64,000 nt of DNA from positions 152 to 64,151 of the forward strand of contig JBAYES010000004.1 of the NCBI GenBank assembly GCA_041667545.1, given 5' to 3'. The DNA comes from Candidatus Omnitrophota bacterium. GTDB taxonomy: Bacteria > Omnitrophota > Gorgyraeia > Tantalellales > Tantalellaceae. A program made the translations under genes and the position numbers. This document shows, one piece after another, positions 7,905-16,357 of this stretch (position 1 is the first letter of the stretch; the number at the start of each line of letters is the position of its first letter). The notes beneath the pieces were generated by a model. That model saw nothing but the letters and a program-made list of their open reading frames with translations. It had not been told where the DNA came from and did not search any database.

Positions 7905-9059
7905 ATGGATATCAGGAAATTCATCAGCAGAATAATAAGAGGAAGTTCCGATCAAAAGGGAATGGCTCTCGTTCTTGTTATGACCTTTGTAGGACTCATG
8001 TCTTTGAGCTTAATGTCACTTGCTCTCATGGTACGGCGGGACATGAATCTTGTCGAACGCGTAAAAAAAACCGACCAAGCCAGATTTCTCGCGGAGGCCG
8101 GAATAAACCACGCTCTCGCAGAAATCAGGACAAGCGGGTTTCAGGAAAGGACGGATTTTACAGGTTCTCTCGATACCGGGAGTTATAGCGTGGTATATTT
8201 TTCGGTGGGAGGAAGAGAACTTATAATCTCGACGGGTTCTGCTGCCGGGGTTTCATCAACAGCGATTTTAGAGGTGAAGGATAATACTCCGACGGCTATG
8301 AACTATTTTTCTGGAGCCGAAAATGATATAAAAATAAACGCACTTGTTACTGTTTCATCTGTTTCCGGGGATATACACGCGAATAACAATGTTTATCTTA
8401 AGGCCGGGCCTATTGTTTCGAGTTTTTCTGTGACAGGGGATGTCTCAGCTACAGGGATAGTTATGGAGGGAACAAGACATAATCAAAGTGACCTATGGGA
8501 CTGGAAAGTATATATTAATGGGGCCAATAGCGACGGTGCCGCTGTTTCGGAGGGAGCTCCCAGAATAACTTTTCCCACATTTAATTTTAACAGTTACCGG
8601 CAGGCCGCAATAGATTCCGGAGACTATTATTCGGGAGATGTGACTTTTAACAATGTTACGCTATCCCCGGCCAACGGAATAGTTTATGTTGACGGGGATG
8701 CCGAGTTCAGGGGCGTATGTGTTATAAACGGCGGGGTAATCGCTAATAGCATACGTGTAATAAATACTTTGAGACAGAATAAAGCCCTTAATAGAAATGT
8801 TATACTTTCTCGGAACGGAGATATAAGGGTATGGGGACGTCTGGAAACTCAAGAGGCCCTGGTGTTCGCCGCGCAAGATATCATATCAATGCAGGTTTTG
8901 GCCGTACTCGAAGTCAACGGCATATTGCTTGCCGGGAGAGATGTTAACATGTGGAATGTCGTTACCAGAATAGTGTACACGTATGTTCCCATGTCTCCGG
9001 CGGATATGTTCGGCGAAGAGGGAACAGATGTTTTTGAAGTTGTAGCCTGGACACGCTGA
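7905..9059 (+). CDS. PilX-N-domain (GspK/PilX-like) minor pilin
   Basis: The N-terminus (SDQKGMALVLVMTFVGLMSLSLMSLALMVRRDMNLVERVKKTDQARFLAEAGINHALAEI) matches the PilX_N architecture of a non-canonical pseudopilin leader, helix and Gly/Ser-rich beta domain. It is translationally coupled to the preceding gene. Confidence 0.55.
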   Translation: MDIRKFISRIIRGSSDQKGMALVLVMTFVGLMSLSLMSLALMVRRDMNLVERVKKTDQARFLAEAGINHALAEIRTSGFQERTDFTGSLDTGSYSVVYFSVGGRELIISTGSAAGVSSTAILEVKDNTPTAMNYFSGAENDIKINALVTVSSVSGDIHANNNVYLKAGPIVSSFSVTGDVSATGIVMEGTRHNQSDLWDWKVYINGANSDGAAVSEGAPRITFPTFNFNSYRQAAIDSGDYYSGDVTFNNVTLSPANGIVYVDGDAEFRGVCVINGGVIANSIRVINTLRQNKALNRNVILSRNGDIRVWGRLETQEALVFAAQDIISMQVLAVLEVNGILLAGRDVNMWNVVTRIVYTYVPMSPADMFGEEGTDVFEVVAWTR

Positions 9060-9120
9060 ATTGCACGCTAAATGACCTTGACAATCCTCTCTGGGTTTGA
9101 TAACATTATCAGTCTTTTGA

Positions 9121-9161
9121 TGGGAGTCCATAGACCATAGTCCATAGTTTGGGAACATGAC
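9121..9161 (+). repeat. CCATAGT-heptamer / TTTGGGAACATGAC repeat element (copy 2)
   Basis: GTCCATAGACCATAGTCCATAGTTTGGGAACATGAC lies 22 nt upstream of rplU. Confidence 0.7.
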
Positions 9162-9182
9162 AAAACAGGAAGAGGGAGAAAA

Positions 9183-9542
9183 ATGTACGCGATAATAGAA
9201 CTGCAGGGGTTTCAGGAAAAGGTTGAAAAAGGCGGAAAAATAGTCGTTAACAGGATAAAGAACCAGGAAAACAAAACGATTAAGGTTGACAAAGTGCTTT
9301 TTGGCAGGGACGGCGAGAAGACTTTCATTGGCGCTCCGTATGTCGAAGGCGCTTATGTAGAGTGCGAGATAATATCCGATAAACGCCTCAAAAAGGTAAT
9401 TTCATTCAAGTACAGGGATAGAAAAAGCTCGCAGTCTAAAAAGGGCCACAGGCAGGATGTGACCGAACTTAAGGTGAAGGATATACACTTTGCCGCCGGA
9501 AATACAGCAAAGAAAAACAAAGCCGACGAGGTTTCGGAATAA
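9183..9542 (+). CDS. rplU: 50S ribosomal protein L21
   Basis: [26 protein letters not shown]… is the typical L21 N-terminus, and the gene sits directly upstream of L27 and obg. Confidence 0.95.
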   Translation: MYAIIELQGFQEKVEKGGKIVVNRIKNQENKTIKVDKVLFGRDGEKTFIGAPYVEGAYVECEIISDKRLKKVISFKYRDRKSSQSKKGHRQDVTELKVKDIHFAAGNTAKKNKADEVSE

Positions 9543-9552
9543 GGAGAAGGTG

Positions 9553-9795
9553 ATGGCACATAAAAAAGGACAGGGATCTTCGCGTAACGGGCGAGATTCC
9601 AATTCACAGAGACTGGGAGTAAAAACTTTCGGAGGCGAGACCGTTACGGCGGGAAGTATAATCATAAGGCAGAGAGGATCTCGCTATAAACCGGGTGTTA
9701 ATGTCGGAAAGGGCAAAGACGATACCCTTTTCGCCAAGAGCGAGGGTATTGTAACTTTCTCATCAGGAAGAGTGGTAAGCGTTCTCCCCAAATGA
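9553..9795 (+). CDS. rpmA: 50S ribosomal protein L27
   Basis: [29 protein letters not shown]…, with an AAGGAG Shine-Dalgarno at 9541-9546. The track ORF (9490) carries a spurious N-terminal extension. Confidence 0.95.
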   Translation: MAHKKGQGSSRNGRDSNSQRLGVKTFGGETVTAGSIIIRQRGSRYKPGVNVGKGKDDTLFAKSEGIVTFSSGRVVSVLPK

Positions 9796-9796
9796 A

Positions 9797-10822
9797 ATGC
9801 TAATAGATCAGGCAAAGATCTACGTTGAAGGCGGCGGCGGAGGTAAAGGATGCCGCAGTTTCTTTAAGGATATTTTTCACAGAAAAGGCATTCCCGACGG
9901 CGGGCCCGGAGGGGCCGGTGGGGATGTGATATTCCAGGCCGATCCCAATCTTCAGACCCTTCTTGACTTCAGGTATAATCAGCATTACCGCGCCGAAAGA
10001 GGTGCCCATGGCGGTTCAAACCATAAATTCGGGCGAAAAGGAAAAGACCTTCTGGTAAAGGTGCCGGAAGGGACCATACTTGTTGACGCAGAGAACTCTC
10101 TTGTCATAAAAGATCTTTCCTCTCCCGGGGAGCGTGTTGTCGCGGTCAAAGGCGGAGCGGGAGGCCGGGGTAATTCCAAAAACCTGGACTCCACCGATGG
10201 TGAACCCGGCGAAAAAAAGACCATTCTTCTTGAACTTAAACTTGTCGCTGATGCTGGTATAATAGGTCTTCCCAATGCGGGAAAATCAACTTTTGTCTCT
10301 AGAGTTTCAAGGTCGCACTCAAAGATCGCTCCGTATCCATTTACCACTAAAAGTCCCAAGCTGGGGGTTGTCCGTTCAGGCGGAGAGGATTTTGTAGCCG
10401 CGGATATGCCCGGACTTATCGAGGGCGCACATAGCGGAAAAGGTTTGGGCGACCGTTTCCTTCGGCATATAGAACGAACTTCCGTTCTTGTCCATGTTGT
10501 GGACATATTGCCGATTGACGGGTCAGATCCCGCTGAAAATTTCCATCTTCTTGAGGCTGAACTTAAACTGTACGCGGAAAAGGTCTATCAGAAACCGCGC
10601 GTCATAGCGGCAAACAAGATGGATCTTCCGGGGGCCGAGAAAAGTCTGAAAAAATTTATTGAAAAAGTGCCGGGAGACGTTTACCCTATTTCCGGGGTTA
10701 GCGGGCAGGGAATAAAGGAGATCATACCGGTAATACACAGGAAGATAAAAGATGCTAAAAGAGAAAAAATTGAAAAGAATAACAGTGAAGGTGGGTACGA
10801 GAGTACTCACCTCGGAGAATAA
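9797..10822 (+). CDS. obg: GTPase Obg/CgtA
   Basis: Glycine-rich Obg fold (YVEGGGGGKGCRSFF…GGPGGAGGDVIF) followed by the GTPase domain (GLPNAGKST, DMPGLIEGA, NKMD). Confidence 0.95.
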   Translation: MLIDQAKIYVEGGGGGKGCRSFFKDIFHRKGIPDGGPGGAGGDVIFQADPNLQTLLDFRYNQHYRAERGAHGGSNHKFGRKGKDLLVKVPEGTILVDAENSLVIKDLSSPGERVVAVKGGAGGRGNSKNLDSTDGEPGEKKTILLELKLVADAGIIGLPNAGKSTFVSRVSRSHSKIAPYPFTTKSPKLGVVRSGGEDFVAADMPGLIEGAHSGKGLGDRFLRHIERTSVLVHVVDILPIDGSDPAENFHLLEAELKLYAEKVYQKPRVIAANKMDLPGAEKSLKKFIEKVPGDVYPISGVSGQGIKEIIPVIHRKIKDAKREKIEKNNSEGGYESTHLGE

Positions 10823-11861
10823 TCGCATAGACGAAGCGGTGATAAGGAGTATTTCTTCCGACATCGCCGATCTGCTTGACGAAGGTTTGGAAGTTGTTCT
10901 TGTTACTTCCGGGGCCATAGGTTCGGGGCTGGGACTTTTAGACATAGCCAAAAAGGGGAAGTCCCTTTCTGAATTGCAGGCCATTGCCAGCATAGGACAG
11001 AACCACCTGATGGATATTTACAACGGGTACCTTGGGAAAAGAGGGTATAGGGCGGGACAGATACTTCTTACCCAGGACGATCTTAACGACAGAAAAAGAT
11101 TTCTTAATATACGATACACGCTGAACGCTCTTTTAAAATACAAGGCGCTTCCCATAATAAACGAGAATGATTCGGTGTCTACAGAAGAGATAAAGTTCGG
11201 GGATAATGACCGGCTTGCGAGCCTGGTCGCGGATCTCGCGAATTCGGACCTTCTTATAATACTTACCGATGTCGATGGGTTATACGGCCGGGATGGCAGA
11301 GTTATAGACCAAGTTGAGGCTGTAACGGCAAGTGTTAAGGCGCTGTGCGGGAAAAAAGGCTGTGACGAGAGCACGGGAGGAATGCTGTCAAAACTTGAAG
11401 CGGTAAAGAACTGTACGCACGCGGGTATTCCCTGTGTCATAGCCCGAGGGAAAAGTAAAGGAATAATAAAAGAAATATGTTACAAACAAAAAAGAGGAAC
11501 ATATTTTCTTTCCGCGGAAAGATCTATAAATGCCAGAAAAAGATGGATAGCTTTCGGAAAGAAAGCCAAGGGCGAGGTAGAGATCGATGCGGGGGCCTTT
11601 GAGGCGATAGCGAAAAAAAACCGGAGCTTGCTTCCAGGCGGGATATCGGACATAAAGGGACATTTTGTTCAAGGGGATGTAGTGGACATTACCTGCTGCG
11701 GCAGGAAAGTTATAGCCAGAGGGCTCTCGAATTATTCTTCGGATGAGATCGCGAGAATAAAAGGAAGGAAGACAAGCGAAGTAGAAGCCGTCCTCGGGTA
11801 TAAAGACTACGACGAAGTAGTGCACAGAGATAATCTTGTGATCATGCGTGATGAGGGATAG
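10752..11861 (+). CDS. proB: Glutamate 5-kinase with C-terminal PUA domain
   Basis: KRITVKVGTRVLT… amino-acid kinase fold plus a PUA domain (VEIDAGAFEAIAKKNRSLLPGGISDIKGHFVQGDVVDI). The annotated ATG overlaps the obg 3' end by 70 nt, so the true start may be the TTG at 10767 or later. Confidence 0.85.
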   Translation: MLKEKKLKRITVKVGTRVLTSENNRIDEAVIRSISSDIADLLDEGLEVVLVTSGAIGSGLGLLDIAKKGKSLSELQAIASIGQNHLMDIYNGYLGKRGYRAGQILLTQDDLNDRKRFLNIRYTLNALLKYKALPIINENDSVSTEEIKFGDNDRLASLVADLANSDLLIILTDVDGLYGRDGRVIDQVEAVTASVKALCGKKGCDESTGGMLSKLEAVKNCTHAGIPCVIARGKSKGIIKEICYKQKRGTYFLSAERSINARKRWIAFGKKAKGEVEIDAGAFEAIAKKNRSLLPGGISDIKGHFVQGDVVDITCCGRKVIARGLSNYSSDEIARIKGRKTSEVEAVLGYKDYDEVVHRDNLVIMRDEG

Positions 11862-12122
11862 GCTGCGAAAACCCGCAAAAGTCCTTATCGTGCTATGGTT
11901 ATGACTTATGAGGGATAGCAAGGAAGATAAGAATTTTTACGTGTTTTCTTGCTTGCTTTAACCGCCCCTTGCGGGGCGCAAAAGTTGGCTCTAATGCAAG
12001 AAGGGCTCGACCCGAGAGCGAACTTTTGCTCGGTTAAAGAGGCTGCGAAAACCCGCAAAAGTCCTTATCGTGCTATGGTTATGACTTATGAGGGATAGCC
12101 CCGGAAGATAAGAACTTTCGCG
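11861..12122 (+). repeat. Two 82-bp direct repeats flanking a 98-bp hairpin-rich core between proB and proA
   Basis: GGCTGCGAAAACCCGCAAAAGTCCTTATCGTGCTATGGTTATGACTTATGAGGGATAGC…GAAGATAAGAA occurs at 11861-11942 and 12041-12122 with about 95% identity. Each repeat ends with …ATGACTTATGAGGGATAG, which mimics the proB 3' end (…ATGCGTGATGAGGGATAG). Confidence 0.8.
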
Positions 12123-12130
12123 AGAATTAA

Positions 12131-13384
12131 ATGGAGGTGTTTATGACAATGACCGAGATCGTGGCTAAGGCAAGGGCGGGGGCGAGGGCTATGGCCGTTA
12201 CGCCGTCTTCAGTGAAAGACCGCGCGCTTTTTCGCATGGCAAAACATCTCGATGCCGCCCGTGACGATATCAAAAAAGCCAATCTTGAGGATGTTTCGAG
12301 GGCCGTTTCTGCCGGCAGAAACCAGTCCTTTATCGATAGGCTTACATTGAATGACGAGCGTATAGACGCGATGTGCGATATGATCTGCAGTGTCGCGCGG
12401 CTTAATGACCCTGTCGGAACTGTTCTTGAATCAGTCGTTATGCCCAATGGCCTTCACATAGATAAGGTTCGCGTGCCTATTGGTGTAATAGGGATTATTT
12501 ACGAGGCACGGCCCAATGTAACCGCCGACTGCGCGGCGCTTTCAGTAATGTCAGGCAACTCTGTGATTTTGAGGGGAGGTTCGGATGCCATATCTTCCAA
12601 TATAGCGATATACAAAGCGTTAAAACGTGGAGCGGAGAAAGAGGGCCTTGATAGCGGAGCTTTCATACTTGTAGAGGATACGTCACGTGAAGTGGTCGAT
12701 GAAATGCTTGCTTGCTCCGGCGGGATAGATCTTATCATCCCTAGGGGTGGAGAATCCCTCATAAGGGAAGTTGTCGCGAAAAGCCATATCCCCGTTATCA
12801 AGCATTACAAGGGAATATGCCATGTTTATGTTGATGCGGATGCCGATATTGATATGGCACTCAAAATATGTGTTAATGCTAAGGTACAGAGACCCGGTGT
12901 GTGTAATGCCATGGAGACAATGCTTGTTCATAAAAAGATAGCGGGTAAATTTCTTCCCATGGCGGCCGAAGAGTTCTATAAATTCGATGTCAAGATAAAG
13001 GCTTGCCCGCTGACAAGAAAGATCATCCCTTCTGCCGATGAGGCCTGTGAAGAGGATTATTTCACCGAATGGCTCGATCTTGTCCTGAACGTGAAAGTAG
13101 TAGGATCTATAGATGAAGCCATACAGCATATTTCAAAATACGGCTCGTGCCATTCCGATGCCATAATCACCGACAATAATGATAATGCCAATGAATTTAC
13201 TTCAAGAGTTGATTCAGCTGCCGTATACGTTAACGCTTCGACAAGGTTTACCGACGGCGGGGAATTCGGTAAAGGCGCGGAAATAGGGATATCTACCGAC
13301 AAGATACATGCCCGCGGGCCCATGGGGCTACAAGAACTTTGTTCGTACAAATATATTGTGCATGGGACCGGGCAAACAAGATAG
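12131..13384 (+). CDS. proA: Gamma-glutamyl phosphate reductase
   Basis: 417 aa aldehyde-dehydrogenase-family protein (…IIYEARPNVTADCAALSVMSGNSVILRGGS…HYKGICHVYVD…). It pairs with proB as the canonical proBA. Confidence 0.95.
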   Translation: MEVFMTMTEIVAKARAGARAMAVTPSSVKDRALFRMAKHLDAARDDIKKANLEDVSRAVSAGRNQSFIDRLTLNDERIDAMCDMICSVARLNDPVGTVLESVVMPNGLHIDKVRVPIGVIGIIYEARPNVTADCAALSVMSGNSVILRGGSDAISSNIAIYKALKRGAEKEGLDSGAFILVEDTSREVVDEMLACSGGIDLIIPRGGESLIREVVAKSHIPVIKHYKGICHVYVDADADIDMALKICVNAKVQRPGVCNAMETMLVHKKIAGKFLPMAAEEFYKFDVKIKACPLTRKIIPSADEACEEDYFTEWLDLVLNVKVVGSIDEAIQHISKYGSCHSDAIITDNNDNANEFTSRVDSAAVYVNASTRFTDGGEFGKGAEIGISTDKIHARGPMGLQELCSYKYIVHGTGQTR

Positions 13385-13429
13385 TCAGGACCCGGGACCG
13401 GAGACCCCGGCTCCCGCAGAGAGAAAGAC

Positions 13430-14002
13430 ATGAAAATAGGTATCTTTGGCGGGACTTTTGACCCCGTACATATCGGGCATGCGGTACTGGCCCTGGAATG
13501 CTGGCATGAGCTGGAACTGGACAAGGTGTTATTCGTTCCGGCGAATATATCGCCGTTCAAGGAGGAACTTATTTCCGCTTCGCCGGCGGACAGGCTGAAT
13601 ATGCTCAGGCTGGCGGTAGGACATGACCACAGATTCGGTATCTGCACGCTGGAACTTGCGAGGGGCGGGATATCTTATACCGTGGATACGCTTAAAGAAT
13701 TGAAGCGCGAATTCGGACCGGAAGCTGAACTGTTTATACTGGCGGGAACGGATATAGTGAAAAGTTTTGACAGATGGAAAGATTCCGGAAAGATCATGGA
13801 AATGGCGTCTCTTGTGGCTGTTTCGCGTCCCGGAGAGAAGAATTCCGGTGTTTTAAAAGGGAATATCCGTTCAATAGAGATGCCGCTTATGGAAATATCA
13901 TCTACAATGATACGGCGGCGAATAAGGGCCAGACAGCCGATAGAGGGATTTCTGACCCCGGCCGTAGTTGAGTACATACGCGACAAAGGGCTATATAGAT
14001 AA
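13430..14002 (+). CDS. nadD: Nicotinate-nucleotide adenylyltransferase
   Basis: MKIGIFGGTFDPVHIGH(A) matches the cytidylyltransferase (T/H)xGH motif, and the C-terminal ISSTMIRRRI matches the NadD family. Confidence 0.9.
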   Translation: MKIGIFGGTFDPVHIGHAVLALECWHELELDKVLFVPANISPFKEELISASPADRLNMLRLAVGHDHRFGICTLELARGGISYTVDTLKELKREFGPEAELFILAGTDIVKSFDRWKDSGKIMEMASLVAVSRPGEKNSGVLKGNIRSIEMPLMEISSTMIRRRIRARQPIEGFLTPAVVEYIRDKGLYR

Positions 14003-14095
14003 TAATATTTCTGGTTTAGCTTGAACTTTAGGCTTTCATATGATAGACTTTGGGCGTTGATTTTTTTTGATCACAAATCCAAGGAGGGACCGAAG

Positions 14096-14239
14096 ATGGC
14101 AGAAGGATATTGCGTAAAATGTAAGGCAAAAAAAGAAATGAAGGACGCTCAGGAAGTTACAATGAAGAACGGCAGAAAGGCTATGAAGGGAACGTGCCCG
14201 AGCTGTGGTACCGGAATGTATAAAATTTTGGGAAAGTAA
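14096..14239 (+). CDS. Small zinc-ribbon protein (two CxxC pairs), DUF5679-like
   Basis: 47 aa MAEGYCVKCKAKKEMKDAQEVTMKNGRKAMKGTCPSCGTGMYKILGK with an AAGGAGGG RBS 9 nt upstream. The CxxC…CxxC spacing resembles a widely conserved small-protein family. The track ORF (14021) has a non-conserved N-terminal extension. Confidence 0.5.
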   Translation: MAEGYCVKCKAKKEMKDAQEVTMKNGRKAMKGTCPSCGTGMYKILGK

Positions 14240-14303
14240 TTGTTTTTACGTGTAATTAAAGCGGTTTCCGTTAGATAGGAAACAAAGTTTTATTCGTGAA
14301 TAG

Positions 14304-14654
14304 GTGAAAAATACCTCCTCCAGAGAAAAAGCCAGTCTTATAGCGAAGATAGCCGGGGAAAAAACAGGTGAGGATATAGTCCTGCTTGACATGACCGAGC
14401 AGTCGGCCGTATGCGATTGTTTTGTAGTGGTTACGGCCGGGTCTTCGCGCCGAATAAAGACCATATGCGAGGAAATCAGGAAGCGCCTTGGGGATGACGG
14501 AGTTCTCCCTGTGAGTGTGGAGGGGAGAAGCAGTCTCAACTGGGTGATACTTGATTACGAGGATGTGGTAGTTCATATTTTCAGTGAAGAGTTCAGGAGT
14601 TTTTATGATCTTGAGCGGCTTTGGTCTGAAGCGCCCATTGAAAGGATAGGATAA
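14304..14654 (+). CDS. rsfS: Ribosome silencing factor RsfS (Iojap)
   Basis: GTG start. EKASLIAKIAGEKTGEDIVLLDM…DCFVVVTAGSSRRIKTICEEI…WVILDYEDVVVHIFSEEFRSFYDLERLW is the typical RsfS sequence. Its position after nadD is the conserved one. Confidence 0.9.
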   Translation: MKNTSSREKASLIAKIAGEKTGEDIVLLDMTEQSAVCDCFVVVTAGSSRRIKTICEEIRKRLGDDGVLPVSVEGRSSLNWVILDYEDVVVHIFSEEFRSFYDLERLWSEAPIERIG

Positions 14655-14656
14655 AC

Positions 14657-16351
14657 ATGCGTGGAAGGGATATAGCTATACACATCGAAAAAGAGCTTTT
14701 GGCGGTATCTAAGCGGTATGCCAAGAAAAATTTTCCTGAAATGGCTTTCCCTGAAGAGATCAAAAGCGCTCTTCAGCCTACACGGGAATCGGGACATGGA
14801 GACCTAAGTTCGAATATCGCCATGCGCCTGGCTTCTTCATTTAAAAGACCTCCTTTTGAAATAGGACAGGGAATGATCATCGAGTTCAAGCGCTCCATCA
14901 AGGGGACTTTTCTGTCCGAGTATATCCGCGAGACGGAAATGAAAGGCGGTTTTATAAATTTTTGGTTTTCGGACAAGTTCTATCGGGACCTTTTAATGGA
15001 AATACGCGCTCGGGGCGACGGGTACGGAAAATGTACCGATGGGAGAGGCGGGAAAGTTAATATAGAGTTCGTCAGCGCCAACCCTACAGGTCCTCTTACT
15101 ATAGCGCATGGCAGGCAGGCGGCTATAGGAGACGCTTTGGCCAATATTCTCAAGTATAACGGATACACCGTTACCAAAGAATATTATCTTAACGATGTGG
15201 GCAACCAGATAAATATGCTGGGGGAATCCCTGCAGGCCAGATATAAAAATCTTTCAGGAGAGAACATATCCATGCCTGAGGATGGATATATGGGTGATTA
15301 TGTTATAGAGATGGCCGAACAGCTTAGAAATTTAAAGGAAAAGGGTTCTTTAAACGAAGCGGGCCTGTCGCTCCGTTTCTTTCGCGAGTACGCGGTAAAA
15401 TGTATACTCAGGATGATAAACACCGATCTTGAGGATTTCAGGGTAAAATTTGATGTCTGGACCAGGCAGTCGGACATAGAACGCCGGAACGAAGTGGAAG
15501 CCACTCTTGAAGAGCTTGAAAAGAAGGGCTTTATTTACACATCGGAAGGGGCGCGCTGGTTTCGTTCGACGGATCTGGGCGATGACAAAGACAGAGTTGT
15601 GGTTAAAAGCGACGGGGCGTACACATATCTTGCTCCTGACATGGCATATCACAGAGACAAGTATAAGAGAGGTTTTGACCGCATAATAGACCTTTTGGGC
15701 CCGGACCATCATGGTTATATAAAGCGCATGAAGGCCGCCGTGCAGGCTATGGGGAACGACAAGGGATCTTTAGATATACTTATCGTTCAGCTTGTTACCC
15801 TCATGAGGGCGGGGGAGACGGTTTCGATGTCCACGCGTAAAGGAGAGTTCATAAGTCTCAGGGAACTTTTAGATGATATGGGTCCTGACGTGACACGGTT
15901 CTTTTTTCTTTCACGCCGGCTGGACAGCCATCTGGATCTCGATGTGGATCTCGCGAAAAAAGAATCGTCCGATAACCCCGTTTACTATATGCAGTATGCC
16001 CATGCCCGTATCAGAAGTATACAAAAATTCAGCGCGAAAACATCCCGTATGGCGTTTTTCACAAGAACCAGGCTCGAACTTTTGACCAACGACGGGGAAA
16101 GACAGCTTATGCGGAAATTAAGCGAGTTCCCTTTTGTCATACGTTCGAGCGCTGAAGCGCTTGAACCCAACCGGCTTCTGACTTATCTGAACGAATTGGC
16201 GAGATCATTCCATTCATTCTACACTACATGCCGGGTGGTTTCGGAAGACCCGCGTTTGACCAAAGCGAGGCTGTATCTCGTAGAGAGCACCCGTATAGTC
16301 CTTGCGAACGGACTCGGAGTGCTGAACATTACCCTGCCCGAAAAGATGTGA
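14657..16351 (+). CDS. argS: Arginine--tRNA ligase
   Basis: 564 aa class I aaRS (PTGPLTIAHGRQAAIGDALANILKYNGYTVTKEYYLNDVGNQI…) with a DALR anticodon-binding C-terminus. Confidence 0.95.
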   Translation: MRGRDIAIHIEKELLAVSKRYAKKNFPEMAFPEEIKSALQPTRESGHGDLSSNIAMRLASSFKRPPFEIGQGMIIEFKRSIKGTFLSEYIRETEMKGGFINFWFSDKFYRDLLMEIRARGDGYGKCTDGRGGKVNIEFVSANPTGPLTIAHGRQAAIGDALANILKYNGYTVTKEYYLNDVGNQINMLGESLQARYKNLSGENISMPEDGYMGDYVIEMAEQLRNLKEKGSLNEAGLSLRFFREYAVKCILRMINTDLEDFRVKFDVWTRQSDIERRNEVEATLEELEKKGFIYTSEGARWFRSTDLGDDKDRVVVKSDGAYTYLAPDMAYHRDKYKRGFDRIIDLLGPDHHGYIKRMKAAVQAMGNDKGSLDILIVQLVTLMRAGETVSMSTRKGEFISLRELLDDMGPDVTRFFFLSRRLDSHLDLDVDLAKKESSDNPVYYMQYAHARIRSIQKFSAKTSRMAFFTRTRLELLTNDGERQLMRKLSEFPFVIRSSAEALEPNRLLTYLNELARSFHSFYTTCRVVSEDPRLTKARLYLVESTRIVLANGLGVLNITLPEKM

Positions 16352-16357
16352 GCGGAA

